The notes beneath the pieces were generated by a model that saw nothing but the letters and a program-made list of their open reading frames with translations, was not told the DNA's origin and ran no database searches. A stretch of 64,000 nucleotides of DNA from an uncultured Candidatus Saccharibacteria bacterium (GTDB lineage: Bacteria; Patescibacteriota; Minisyncoccia; Phycocordibacterales; CAIZLB01): positions 294,709 to 358,708 of the forward strand of contig CAYQJB010000001.1 of NCBI GenBank assembly GCA_964417855.1, given 5' to 3'. Both the position numbers and the translations under genes were made by a program. This document shows positions 52,144 to 60,902 of the stretch, in pieces (positions within the stretch are counted from its first letter, which is position 1; each line of letters opens with the position of its first letter).

Positions 52144-53631
52144 ATGTTTAAATTTTACACTAAAAATAGTACTCAAAAAATTAGTAAAAACAGAGCATTT
52201 ACGCTTATCGAGCTTCTTGTTGTGATGGCAATAATTTCATTGCTCTCTTCTCTTGTTCTGAATAGCTTAGCAAGCGCTAGGATGAAAGCTAATGATACAA
52301 AAATTACTGAGGACTTAAGACAATTTAAGATTGCTGCAGAGCTTTACTATAATGATAATCATACATACCCAAGTGGGTATACTCCTGGAGCATCCAAAGG
52401 ACAGGATCTAGCTTATGTCGATAAAAATGAGAGTTGGTCAAAAAAATTATCATTCTTCGTAAAGACAGCTGAGGCATCTGGTCCAGTTCATACTTCACAG
52501 TTATGTTTGAATTTTGATGCTATGGCACAGTCCATGGTCGCTGGAAAATATCTTTCAGCAGTTCCAGTTCATCCATATGACGACGATTCTACGGGAAAAG
52601 GGGTTTGTTATAAGGCTATAAAGAATGATAAGACTTTTGTTTCTTACGCACCTTTGACTACAAGAATTGCTGTCACAAACGGTAGTATAAATAAAAATAC
52701 GGGTTTTATTTTGGGTGATACGAGTATTAGTGCAGTTAACGATGTTAATGTAGCTATAAAATCTACTAAAAAAGGTAATAAAATAGACACGGAAAGACCT
52801 GCTTTTGTTGCTGCTGATGGAGTAAATCCTGTAGCTGATCTTACTATGTCCCAAGATGCAGTAGACGGTTTTACAACAGGGGCACCAGCTGTAACCGGGG
52901 GTGTAGTGGGCAGTATATTTGATATTTTTACCCCCTCCTCACCAACACCAACACCAACTTGTGCTGACGGAGAAGCCATTAATACATTGGGTGTTTGTCA
53001 GGCCTTGTATACTGGTTTTCTTAGAATGAATTGTGTTGCCCCTGCGAATCAAGATCCATTTAGCTCTGGGTGTATTGGGGAAAATCCTACTGCAATAACT
53101 GCAACAAACACAATAACAGGTGGAACTCTTATAATGAATCTGTTTACAGGTATTCGTATAAATTCGGCAACATGTCCAATTGGTACGCGTCAGGACCTAT
53201 ATAGTGATTCATGCGTAGCTAGCATCACTATAGGAGCTATAGGAGGAGGTATAGGAGGTATAGGAGGTATTTGTGGTGGTGGTATGCAGCTATCTAATGG
53301 TGTTTGTAAAATAGGACATTCAGGTTGTGACGCTCAAGGAAATGGACCTTGTGGACCAACGACATTTTCCTATTCCTGTCCAGCGGGTATGACTTTTGAT
53401 ATAAATGGACTAGAGAATACAGCTAATGGGACTTGCTCTACCATTCCAGTTGGGGATTGTGGTATGGGCTCTACATTGCAGTCAAATGGTGTGTGTGTGT
53501 CCAACGGAAGTGCATGTCTTCCTCCTGGTGTCGCTGGTTCATGTCCAGGCGTTGGATCTGTCACTTGTCCCTCAGGTAAGACGTTTCTAATTAATGGTCT
53601 AGAATATACAGTTAATGGTACCTGTCAGTAG
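52144..53631 (+). CDS. large type IV pilin-like protein (prepilin N-terminal methylation motif) with Cys-rich C-terminal repeats
   Basis: FTLIELLVVMAIISLL class III signal (Ala at -1, Glu+5); repeated CP[AS]G[MK]TF.INGLE.T.NGTC modules. Confidence 0.8.
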   Translation: MFKFYTKNSTQKISKNRAFTLIELLVVMAIISLLSSLVLNSLASARMKANDTKITEDLRQFKIAAELYYNDNHTYPSGYTPGASKGQDLAYVDKNESWSKKLSFFVKTAEASGPVHTSQLCLNFDAMAQSMVAGKYLSAVPVHPYDDDSTGKGVCYKAIKNDKTFVSYAPLTTRIAVTNGSINKNTGFILGDTSISAVNDVNVAIKSTKKGNKIDTERPAFVAADGVNPVADLTMSQDAVDGFTTGAPAVTGGVVGSIFDIFTPSSPTPTPTCADGEAINTLGVCQALYTGFLRMNCVAPANQDPFSSGCIGENPTAITATNTITGGTLIMNLFTGIRINSATCPIGTRQDLYSDSCVASITIGAIGGGIGGIGGICGGGMQLSNGVCKIGHSGCDAQGNGPCGPTTFSYSCPAGMTFDINGLENTANGTCSTIPVGDCGMGSTLQSNGVCVSNGSACLPPGVAGSCPGVGSVTCPSGKTFLINGLEYTVNGTCQ

Positions 53632-53697
53632 CCATTTTATAAATAGTTGGACTTCCTTGCTATATAGACAAAAAATGGAGGGTTTTATGAAATAATA

Positions 53698-54768
53698 ATG
53701 CTAAACTCCAACATAAAACTAAATCAAAAACTCTTTGCTGCGGATGTAGAAAAAACTGCTACCCGCAAAGGTTTTGGTGAAGGCCTTTTGCTTGCTGGAA
53801 AGTATGATGAAAAAATCGTAGCACTTTCTGCAGATCTAACAGAGTCAACTCAAGTTCATTTATTCAAAAACGCCTTTCCTAACAGATTTATCGAAGTAGG
53901 TGTTGCTGAACAAAATTTAGCGAGTGTCGCATCAGGACTGGCCGCCTCCGGAAAAATCCCTGTTATTGCATCCTATGCAATATTCAATCCTGGAAGAAAC
54001 TGGGAACAGATTAGAACCACAATTTGTTACAACAACAGAAAGGTTGTTGTTGCAGGTTCACACGCTGGATTATCAGCTGGGAAGGATGGTGGTTCGCATC
54101 AAGCGCTTGAGGACATTGCGCTTGCACGAGTTATACCAAACATGACTGTAATATCTCCATGTGACGCCGTAGAGGCTAGAAAGGCAATAATAGCAGCCAT
54201 TTCACCATCGCAAATAACTCCAGTATATTTAAGATTAGCTAGAGAAAATACACCAATAATAACAACTGATGAAACTCCTTTTGTAATAGGGAAAGCACAA
54301 ATAGTTTGGGGTGATCATGTTGATTGCGATGCACCTGCAGGTATTGCACCTTCAGCTTCTGGTTCAGGGACTTCCACGGTTCCACCAACGGGATCCGCAC
54401 TGTGCGATATCGGAATAATAGCAACAGGCCCTATTTTATACAATGCAATTTTGGCTGCTAAACAGTTAAGTAATTTAAAAATACGTGTCAAAGTTTTGAA
54501 TCTGGCAACAATTAAACCAATTGATGAGGAGGCAATAGTGTCGCTTGCTAGGCAGTCTAATGGGAAAATTCTAACAGTTGAAGAGCATCAAATTAGTGGG
54601 GGAATGGGAAGCGCTGTAGCTGAGGTTCTTGCAAGAAAATATCCATCTAAGATGGCTTTTATTGGAGTGAACGATAGATTTGGCCAGTCCGGCACAACTG
54701 AAGAATTATACAAAGAATACGGTTTGACCGTTGATGATATTGTAGAGAAGGCAAAGGGGTTGGTCTAA
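53698..54768 (+). CDS. transketolase, C-terminal (pyrimidine-binding + C-terminal domain) subunit, with Ser/Gly/Pro-rich insert
   Basis: FGEGLLLAGKYDEKIVALSADLTEST and GSHAGLSAGKDGGSHQ motifs. Confidence 0.9.
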   Translation: MLNSNIKLNQKLFAADVEKTATRKGFGEGLLLAGKYDEKIVALSADLTESTQVHLFKNAFPNRFIEVGVAEQNLASVASGLAASGKIPVIASYAIFNPGRNWEQIRTTICYNNRKVVVAGSHAGLSAGKDGGSHQALEDIALARVIPNMTVISPCDAVEARKAIIAAISPSQITPVYLRLARENTPIITTDETPFVIGKAQIVWGDHVDCDAPAGIAPSASGSGTSTVPPTGSALCDIGIIATGPILYNAILAAKQLSNLKIRVKVLNLATIKPIDEEAIVSLARQSNGKILTVEEHQISGGMGSAVAEVLARKYPSKMAFIGVNDRFGQSGTTEELYKEYGLTVDDIVEKAKGLV

Positions 54769-54810
54769 TTATGTTTTTTTAAATTGCAGCTTATCGTTTT
54801 GAATTATTCT

Positions 54811-54845
54811 ATAAAAACAACCCTCCAGCTTAGTAAGGTGGAGGG
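54811..54845 (-). terminator. intrinsic terminator for the minus-strand gene ending at 54850
   Basis: CCCTCCA...TGGAGGG 7-bp stem; on minus strand followed by TTGTTTTTAT. Confidence 0.5.
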
Positions 54846-54849
54846 TGTA

Positions 54850-55416
54850 TTAGTGTAGTTTTGTGAATCGAGAACCATATTTCTCAAGTAAAAGATCTAG
54901 TGTTTTTGATGAAAATTCGTATGAAATATCTAGGCTCGAGGTATTTATATTTTCTTGCCCTGTCACAAGTCTTGTCGCCCCAGATTTATTTGCAATTTTG
55001 TGCATGAGCATGTTCTCTCTGTATACCAAAAAGTTAATTCCATTAACCTTAAGTACGTTCCTTGTAAAATCAAGCATGGTAACCAGTGACTCAATTGTTA
55101 AAATTTTGTTTCTCACCTCTGGAGTGAAGAAACAAGAACATTTTACTGTATTTGGAACTTTATTAATGTTATAAAAGAACATTGTTCCAACCACTCTTTG
55201 ACCACTTTTATCGTAAACCAGAAATTGGTAATTTCTCCCATGTGAAAACCATTCATCAATTTTTTTTCTAAATTCCAAATATGTGCATGGTATGGGTTCC
55301 CTGAATATAAGTTTCTCGTATTCGTCTCTATTCTCATACATCAAAGTGTATAATCTGTCATCATTGAGAGTTGTTAACTCCTCAATTAAGCAAAATTTTC
55401 CTTTGTATTTGTACAT
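54850..55416 (-). CDS. GNAT-family acetyltransferase-like protein
   Basis: 188 aa; QFLVYDKSGQRVVGTMFFYNI beta-strand/motif A-like region; weak. Confidence 0.5.
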   Translation of the reverse strand: MYKYKGKFCLIEELTTLNDDRLYTLMYENRDEYEKLIFREPIPCTYLEFRKKIDEWFSHGRNYQFLVYDKSGQRVVGTMFFYNINKVPNTVKCSCFFTPEVRNKILTIESLVTMLDFTRNVLKVNGINFLVYRENMLMHKIANKSGATRLVTGQENINTSSLDISYEFSSKTLDLLLEKYGSRFTKLH

Positions 55417-55497
55417 TTTATACCTTTCATTTAGTTGAAAAATTTAAGTGCGTTAGGTCGGGATGACCAAACGCACTTAGGGATATTGTAGAGCAAA

Positions 55498-55776
55498 TCA
55501 TTTTCCACCAGAATTTCCGGAGTCTGAGGATTCACTTGGTGGCCAGCTTTCACCGCCGGTTTTACTGCTGGGATCTTTGGCGTCGTCACAGACAGCACAT
55601 TCGTTACGGTGTACAACCCCGCTTTTTCCAGTTTCATGGTTGTCGTACATGTGGCAATGCTTACCAGTAGCCTCATCACCTACAAGGTAATTGAGCTGAC
55701 CACCGGAGTCGCTAGCTTTTTCAAATTTACCATCATCGCGATCATCAGCACCTTCAAGATGAATACCTTTGGACAT
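55498..55776 (-). CDS. small acidic Gly/Ser-rich protein with Cys/His cluster (possible metal-binding)
   Basis: 92 aa; HCHMYDNHETG...HRNECAVCDD; own promoter TTGACA-16-TATGAT just upstream (on minus strand); GC-richer than surroundings. Confidence 0.4.
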   Translation of the reverse strand: MSKGIHLEGADDRDDGKFEKASDSGGQLNYLVGDEATGKHCHMYDNHETGKSGVVHRNECAVCDDAKDPSSKTGGESWPPSESSDSGNSGGK

Positions 55777-55889
55777 ATTAGCTATCTTTCTATTGGTCAG
55801 TTGTTGCTAGTCAAAAACAGGGTGTTCTTGTCTGTTGAGAATCATATGCTACTCATGTGTATTGTCAAGTTATTTGAATGCGATATATT

Positions 55890-56246
55890 TCAATAAAGTT
55901 TTTTACTCAAATCATCTAGTACCCCGTAGCACTCATTTAATTTTAATGCATCCCCCCCAACCTGATCGCAAAAACAAATTTGATAATTCACGATAGTCAT
56001 AATCATATCGTGGATTTCTGTTCCAAGAACACCTAATGCCTTGGATCTATTCTCAAGATCATTGTTTGCCATGTAGTCTCTGGCTAATAAATTGGACATA
56101 TTAAGTAGAATGGTTTTCTGCAATTCAATGTCTAACTTCATTTTTTCGACCGAAGTCAAAAAATCAGTTATAAATCTCAGGTGTGCAACATGTGGAGCAA
56201 AGATGGAGGTTTCTATGTTTTGATTTTCTTTTGGTATATATCTCAT
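55890..56246 (-). CDS. hypothetical protein
   Basis: 118-aa ORF, AT-rich like the core genome. Confidence 0.5.
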   Translation of the reverse strand: MRYIPKENQNIETSIFAPHVAHLRFITDFLTSVEKMKLDIELQKTILLNMSNLLARDYMANNDLENRSKALGVLGTEIHDMIMTIVNYQICFCDQVGGDALKLNECYGVLDDLSKKLY

Positions 56247-56390
56247 TCCTTAATTATACAACAGTGCTAATAATATGTTAATCATAATGTGCTCGCGAGA
56301 GATATCCAAATTCTGGTGCCTACTGGTATCTCTAAGACAAGAAAAACCTCCGGAACGCTTGCGCGCCCGGAGGTCGTTGAGACTTGGATT

Positions 56391-56951
56391 TTACCGATTC
56401 CTGCGTCTCAGCAGAAAAAGGCTTGATGTGATGACCGCGAGTCCAAGCACTGAAGGCTCGGGGATGTAGGTCACGGTCCCAATGGACGTGATCAAACCTT
56501 GCCCTTGGACATCGTAGGTCATTTTGGCTTGCCAAACGTCGCCGGGGGAGAGAAAAGAGTCTATCGCAACACGGGTCCCTAGATCAACCAAGGTCCCACC
56601 TTGATTCATTTGGCCTGTTGCATAAGCATTACCTGTGGTAGTGCCTATACGAGACCAAGACGAACCCAATACGAATGTCGTATACTCTTCGCTTGTAACT
56701 GAAAGTCCGTTGATTGTTATATCCATCGTTACTGAATTCAATGTAATTGACAATCCGGTATTTGAGATTGTATAAGACAGAAAAATTTGTCCCGGACTCG
56801 TTGTGACGTCAATATGACTTGGTGTTACGGCGCTGTACGCGTCGTCAATGCTGATAGCTGTTAAGCTAACACCAGTGGATGCAGTCAGGGCTGCAGTGGA
56901 AACGTTCACAACTACGCTGAACGCTACAATGAGTATGCTAAGCAGTTTCAT
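56391..56951 (-). CDS. PEP-CTERM sorting-signal protein (secreted, Thr/Ser-rich)
   Basis: signal peptide MKLLSILIVAFSVVVNVSTAA; C-terminal IPEPSVLGLAVITSSLFLLRRRNR = PEP motif + TM + Arg cluster; ~50% GC versus ~35% background. Confidence 0.7.
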   Translation of the reverse strand: MKLLSILIVAFSVVVNVSTAALTASTGVSLTAISIDDAYSAVTPSHIDVTTSPGQIFLSYTISNTGLSITLNSVTMDITINGLSVTSEEYTTFVLGSSWSRIGTTTGNAYATGQMNQGGTLVDLGTRVAIDSFLSPGDVWQAKMTYDVQGQGLITSIGTVTYIPEPSVLGLAVITSSLFLLRRRNR

Positions 56952-57085
56952 GGTTCTTTTTTTTGGAGTTGGAGTTTTTCTCTGTCCCACATCTGTGAAA
57001 AAGAGATGAAAAGGACTTGTCCGTCGAAGACGTCAAAGTTCTATTACCTAAATATCGTACTATGCTTTAAAGAAACTGTCAATAT

Positions 57086-57679
57086 CTAGTTTAAATCAAC
57101 TGAGCACCATGTATATTCGTCTGTGGCACTTAGGAATTCACTTGCGGAAATGTCTGACATAATTTGTGGGCAGGAGTTTTTGTTTTTTAGAGCCGGAAAT
57201 CTTAGGCTGCCTTTGCTACATTTAGTGTCGCTTATGGGTGTAGTGCACGCTAGTACAAAACCTTTATAGTCATTCACTAAAGTAACGTATTTTGATGACA
57301 TACTCACAGTAACTTGTTTGTCTAAAAAATTATAAGAACTAAGATATTTTTTAAGTGAGTCATTCATTATGGGATTGTTTACGATTGTTGAACTAGTTAA
57401 CGTACAACCATTATCTGAATAATTACCGATACATGTATACCCTTTGTTGTCGCTATTTGAAGGATAATACCCATTATCCTGTTTAAACTGCAACAGCGCA
57501 TTCAACACCACCCTATAATCTGCAATTTGTTTTGTATTGTTTGCTTGCGCCTTTGCTTGGGTGAGGGAAGAAAGGACAATACTACTTAGTAGTGCGATTA
57601 TCCCAATGACTACTAATAACTCTATCAATGTAAATCCCTTATTTCTTGCCTGTTTGGTTTTAATTTTCAGAGTTTTCAT
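57086..57679 (-). CDS. type IV pilin-like protein (prepilin, Gly at -1)
   Basis: MKTLKIKTKQARNKG|FTLIELLVVIGIIALLSS. Confidence 0.8.
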   Translation of the reverse strand: MKTLKIKTKQARNKGFTLIELLVVIGIIALLSSIVLSSLTQAKAQANNTKQIADYRVVLNALLQFKQDNGYYPSNSDNKGYTCIGNYSDNGCTLTSSTIVNNPIMNDSLKKYLSSYNFLDKQVTVSMSSKYVTLVNDYKGFVLACTTPISDTKCSKGSLRFPALKNKNSCPQIMSDISASEFLSATDEYTWCSVDLN

Positions 57680-57692
57680 AATCGATTAATTA

Positions 57693-58076
57693 TTATTGAT
57701 TTTGTTGGTCTGTTGATGTATCAGCTGTATTTGATCGATCAAATATTTTGTGATTAATATAATCCTGCGCTTCCTGATCAGTCAAGATATGTTTTCCTTC
57801 AAGAGTAAATAGAACCCTGTATTTAAGGGCAGGGTTGAGTATAGAAATCGCAAAAATAATACCTGCAGTAAAGGATATTGCAGCAACCGTTAATAGAAAT
57901 TTTTCTGCCGTTCTCTCAGTTTTGCAAATTCCATTTTTTACGAGTTTTTGTGTGAAGCTCAGTTTTGCTCTATTACTAGATTTTTTAGAGGTCTTTGAAT
58001 AACCGGCCCTAGTAGTATTTTTGGGTCTGTAGTTAAATTCATCATCGAACTGAATTTTACCTGACATTGCGTACAT
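57693..58076 (-). CDS. hypothetical single-pass membrane protein
   Basis: 127 aa, one TM (LLTVAAISFTAGIIFAISIL). Confidence 0.45.
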   Translation of the reverse strand: MYAMSGKIQFDDEFNYRPKNTTRAGYSKTSKKSSNRAKLSFTQKLVKNGICKTERTAEKFLLTVAAISFTAGIIFAISILNPALKYRVLFTLEGKHILTDQEAQDYINHKIFDRSNTADTSTDQQNQ

Positions 58077-58186
58077 TATATCATGTAGTGGTCTGCCTCG
58101 TCTGCCTTATCCACATATTAGTATGCTGCGGTGGCGAATTAAGCCTAAAACTTTGGGTTTTCTTTGGTGTCAGTGCTATAAATTTG

Positions 58187-58585
58187 ATGTTATGTATGAA
58201 AAAAGATTTTGATAAATGGAATGGAATTAAGAACTATATTGAAAATAATCAAGGAGCTACAGGATTTCCGAAGGAGAAAGAAGTTTGGATGACTAGTCTT
58301 GGGGAAAATATTGGCTATGAACAAAACGGTACAGGAGCTAATTTTTCAAGGCCGATTTTAATAATCAAAAAATTCAACAATCAAATGTTTTGGGTTATTC
58401 CGCTTTCCACAAAACAGAAGAATCTTGACTTTTATTTTAATTACATTGACCCAAATAGTAAAAAGGTATCAGCTATACTAGCCCAGTTAAGACTAGTGAG
58501 CATCAAAAGACTAAATAGAAAGATGTATGAAATTTCCGACGTACTTTTTATGCAAATACGAGCCAGAATCAAATCTTTTCTCTGA
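58187..58585 (+). CDS. PemK/MazF-like endoribonuclease toxin domain protein (no adjacent antitoxin seen)
   Basis: EVWMTSLGENIGYEQNG...RPILII matches the MazF/PemK core (GD..wV.f.p..G.EQ.G.RP.lVl); ORF track start 58067 over-extended. Confidence 0.6.
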   Translation: MLCMKKDFDKWNGIKNYIENNQGATGFPKEKEVWMTSLGENIGYEQNGTGANFSRPILIIKKFNNQMFWVIPLSTKQKNLDFYFNYIDPNSKKVSAILAQLRLVSIKRLNRKMYEISDVLFMQIRARIKSFL

Positions 58586-58916
58586 AATTCGAAACCCCAT
58601 CAAATAAATGACGGGGTTCCTCGGAGCCTTTCGGCACTTTGTATTTACATAATATCAAGTACCGAAAACAAGTCAAGCGAAACTAATATTAATTATCGTC
58701 CTGACAATCAAATGTGCAACCCTCGTCAAAAGCCTTTTTAATATCTTCCATTTTTAAATCAACTTGTTTTGATACAGTTTCTATATGGTAAAAATACAAA
58801 TAAATAATCAAGAAATTTCATTTAATTTATCCAGTAAATGAGATGATTATATATCCCTGACAGATATAGCTCGCTATAAAAACCCACATGAACCCAAGGA
58901 TGTTGTTAAAAATTGG

Positions 58917-59138
58917 ATGAGAAGTAAGACTACAATTGAATTCCTAGGTATTTGGGAGAGAATAAATAACCCTCTTTTTAAACAGGTCGAATTCGACCTG
59001 TTTAAAAATGAAGCTGTATCAAACAGCCTTACACTATCACATGAAAGATGGATTAAGGGTACTGATGCGATTGGTACTCAAACCTCTAAAGCACGATATA
59101 ATAGTGGAACATTCGCTCACAAGGATATTGCATTTTAA
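58917..59138 (+). pseudogene. 73-aa fragment resembling the N-terminal region of phage antirepressor/KilA-N/ORF6N-type proteins (...GTFAHKDIAF)
   Basis: short ORF ending abruptly; similarity is from memory of ...TFAHKDIAFEFA... family N-termini. Confidence 0.25.
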
Positions 59139-59260
59139 TTTGCAAGTTGAATATCATCGGAATTTAAGTTGTATCTAATACGCAAATGAAGGCTTTGTTA
59201 ATTGATTCAGGTGTTAATAGACTGGAGGGAGAAACTACATTATTGTAAACAAAATGTAAA

Positions 59261-59283
59261 ACACCTCCGCAAGGAGGTGTTTT
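59261..59283. terminator. bidirectional intrinsic terminator
   Basis: ACACCTCC-gcaa-GGAGGTGT with T-runs on both strands (TTT on +, TTTACATTTT on -). Confidence 0.55.
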
Positions 59284-59326
59284 AAAATCGAACAATATTA
59301 GCTGTGCCTTTATCTCATTGATACGC

Positions 59327-59536
59327 CTACGCTGCTGTACACATCTTGCAATCTTTCTTGTGTGTGAAAATCAGAACAAGGGCTGAGAGACCAACTAGGA
59401 TATAAACAATCTTTGAAGCAATTGTCATATCACCAAGAAGTATTGTCACTAGATTGAAGTTAAAAGCTCCAACCAAGAGCCAGTTCAAACCTCCTACGAC
59501 AAGAAGAATGAATGAAACCATATGTAATCCTTTCAT
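59327..59536 (-). CDS. DUF378-family small membrane protein
   Basis: 69 aa, GGLNWLLVG motif. Confidence 0.65.
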   Translation of the reverse strand: MKGLHMVSFILLVVGGLNWLLVGAFNFNLVTILLGDMTIASKIVYILVGLSALVLIFTHKKDCKMCTAA

Positions 59537-59575
59537 GTTTTTATATTAATTAGTAATATGTTAATTATATCACTT

Positions 59576-60814
59576 TTAAGATTTGTCGATGGGGAATTGT
59601 ACACATGTATCTTTCACCATATTTTTTATAGAGAAAACGTCTGAAACTTTTTTGTGTAGGGCATGAGCAAACTTTTTTTCTTCCTCGGGATGTTCAAGAA
59701 AATATTCTATCGCATTAGTTATTTTGGCAACACTGTTTGGTTTGATAATTTGTCCAGATTCCATATTTGTAACTATCTCAGGTATTCCTCCAACCTTCGT
59801 CACAATTACTGGTAACTCAGCAAGTCCGGCTTCTAAGACTGCGTAAGGTAGACCTTCTGATCTTGAAATCAACATAAATATATCAAAAGCTTTTAGATAT
59901 TTAGATGCGTTTGGAATTGGACCGGTTAAGAAAACAGTATCATTTAGGTTAAGTTCTGTAATAAGTGAGTCTAGTTCATCCTTCTTCTCACCACCTCCAA
60001 TAACAAAATATTTTACGTCCTTTCTTTTTTTCTTGATCTCTGTCATCGCTCTGATTGCTAGATCGATGTTTTTTATTGGGTGTAGTTCAGCAATTGTGCC
60101 GATCCATGTGTTTTTATTCAGGTCGCTGGTCCGGAATGTATTATTTGATAGGAATCTTGAATCCTTCATTAAAACTTCTTCTATAGTATTTCTAGCCTCC
60201 ATTTTGGGTAGGTATTCTTCCTTATTAATTCCATTATAGATTGTAATGATTTTATTTTGAATAAACGGCCAACCCTTAATATATGATTTCATTCCATTTG
60301 AAACGGTAATGGTTTTATTTGAAAGAAAAATCGTCACCCAATATAGTATCTTGATTAATATTTTAGATAGGGAGCTTCTGTTTTCATTAAAAGCCCAACC
60401 ATGCGCGACAAAGATAATGTTTTTAACACCAGCTATACGGCCAGCAACGGCACCTAGTCCTCCAATTTTTGTGCTGTTTAATTGAATAACATTTGGTTTT
60501 TTTTCTTTAAAAATGGATATTAATTTGAATAGAACCTGAATGTCTTTTGCGGGACTGACATCTCTTCCAAGCTCGGGAATTGAAATAGTTTTGATTCCAT
60601 GCTCTTTTAGCTTTTCCACTAACAATCCTTCTCCCCCAGTAATTACCTCAATATCATATGACTCTTTAGGTAGGCCAGTAGCCAAATCAAATACATACTT
60701 TTGAGCACCACCCCAATTAGATTTGGTGATTATTATGAGGACCTTGATTTTTGGCTTATCGATAGAGCTATTAATGTCTCCAAGCATGCCTGAGTTGTTA
60801 CTAAATGTCATCAT
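59576..60814 (-). CDS. glycosyltransferase family 4 (GT-B, retaining)
   Basis: N-terminal GGAQKYV and C-terminal E(x7)E-type region. Confidence 0.85.
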   Translation of the reverse strand: MMTFSNNSGMLGDINSSIDKPKIKVLIIITKSNWGGAQKYVFDLATGLPKESYDIEVITGGEGLLVEKLKEHGIKTISIPELGRDVSPAKDIQVLFKLISIFKEKKPNVIQLNSTKIGGLGAVAGRIAGVKNIIFVAHGWAFNENRSSLSKILIKILYWVTIFLSNKTITVSNGMKSYIKGWPFIQNKIITIYNGINKEEYLPKMEARNTIEEVLMKDSRFLSNNTFRTSDLNKNTWIGTIAELHPIKNIDLAIRAMTEIKKKRKDVKYFVIGGGEKKDELDSLITELNLNDTVFLTGPIPNASKYLKAFDIFMLISRSEGLPYAVLEAGLAELPVIVTKVGGIPEIVTNMESGQIIKPNSVAKITNAIEYFLEHPEEEKKFAHALHKKVSDVFSIKNMVKDTCVQFPIDKS

Positions 60815-60902
60815 TGTGATACTAATTTTGATATATTCTAATAATGTGAGTATACACCATGTGAACTAAACAAAGAAGAATATCATATGATACAATGTTG
60901 AT

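Noticed and set aside
58696-58757. Minus-strand 20-aa peptide MEDIKKAFDEGCTFDCQDDN in the gap before the phage-remnant fragment
   Set aside because: Too short and unsupported; the region looks like degraded DNA.
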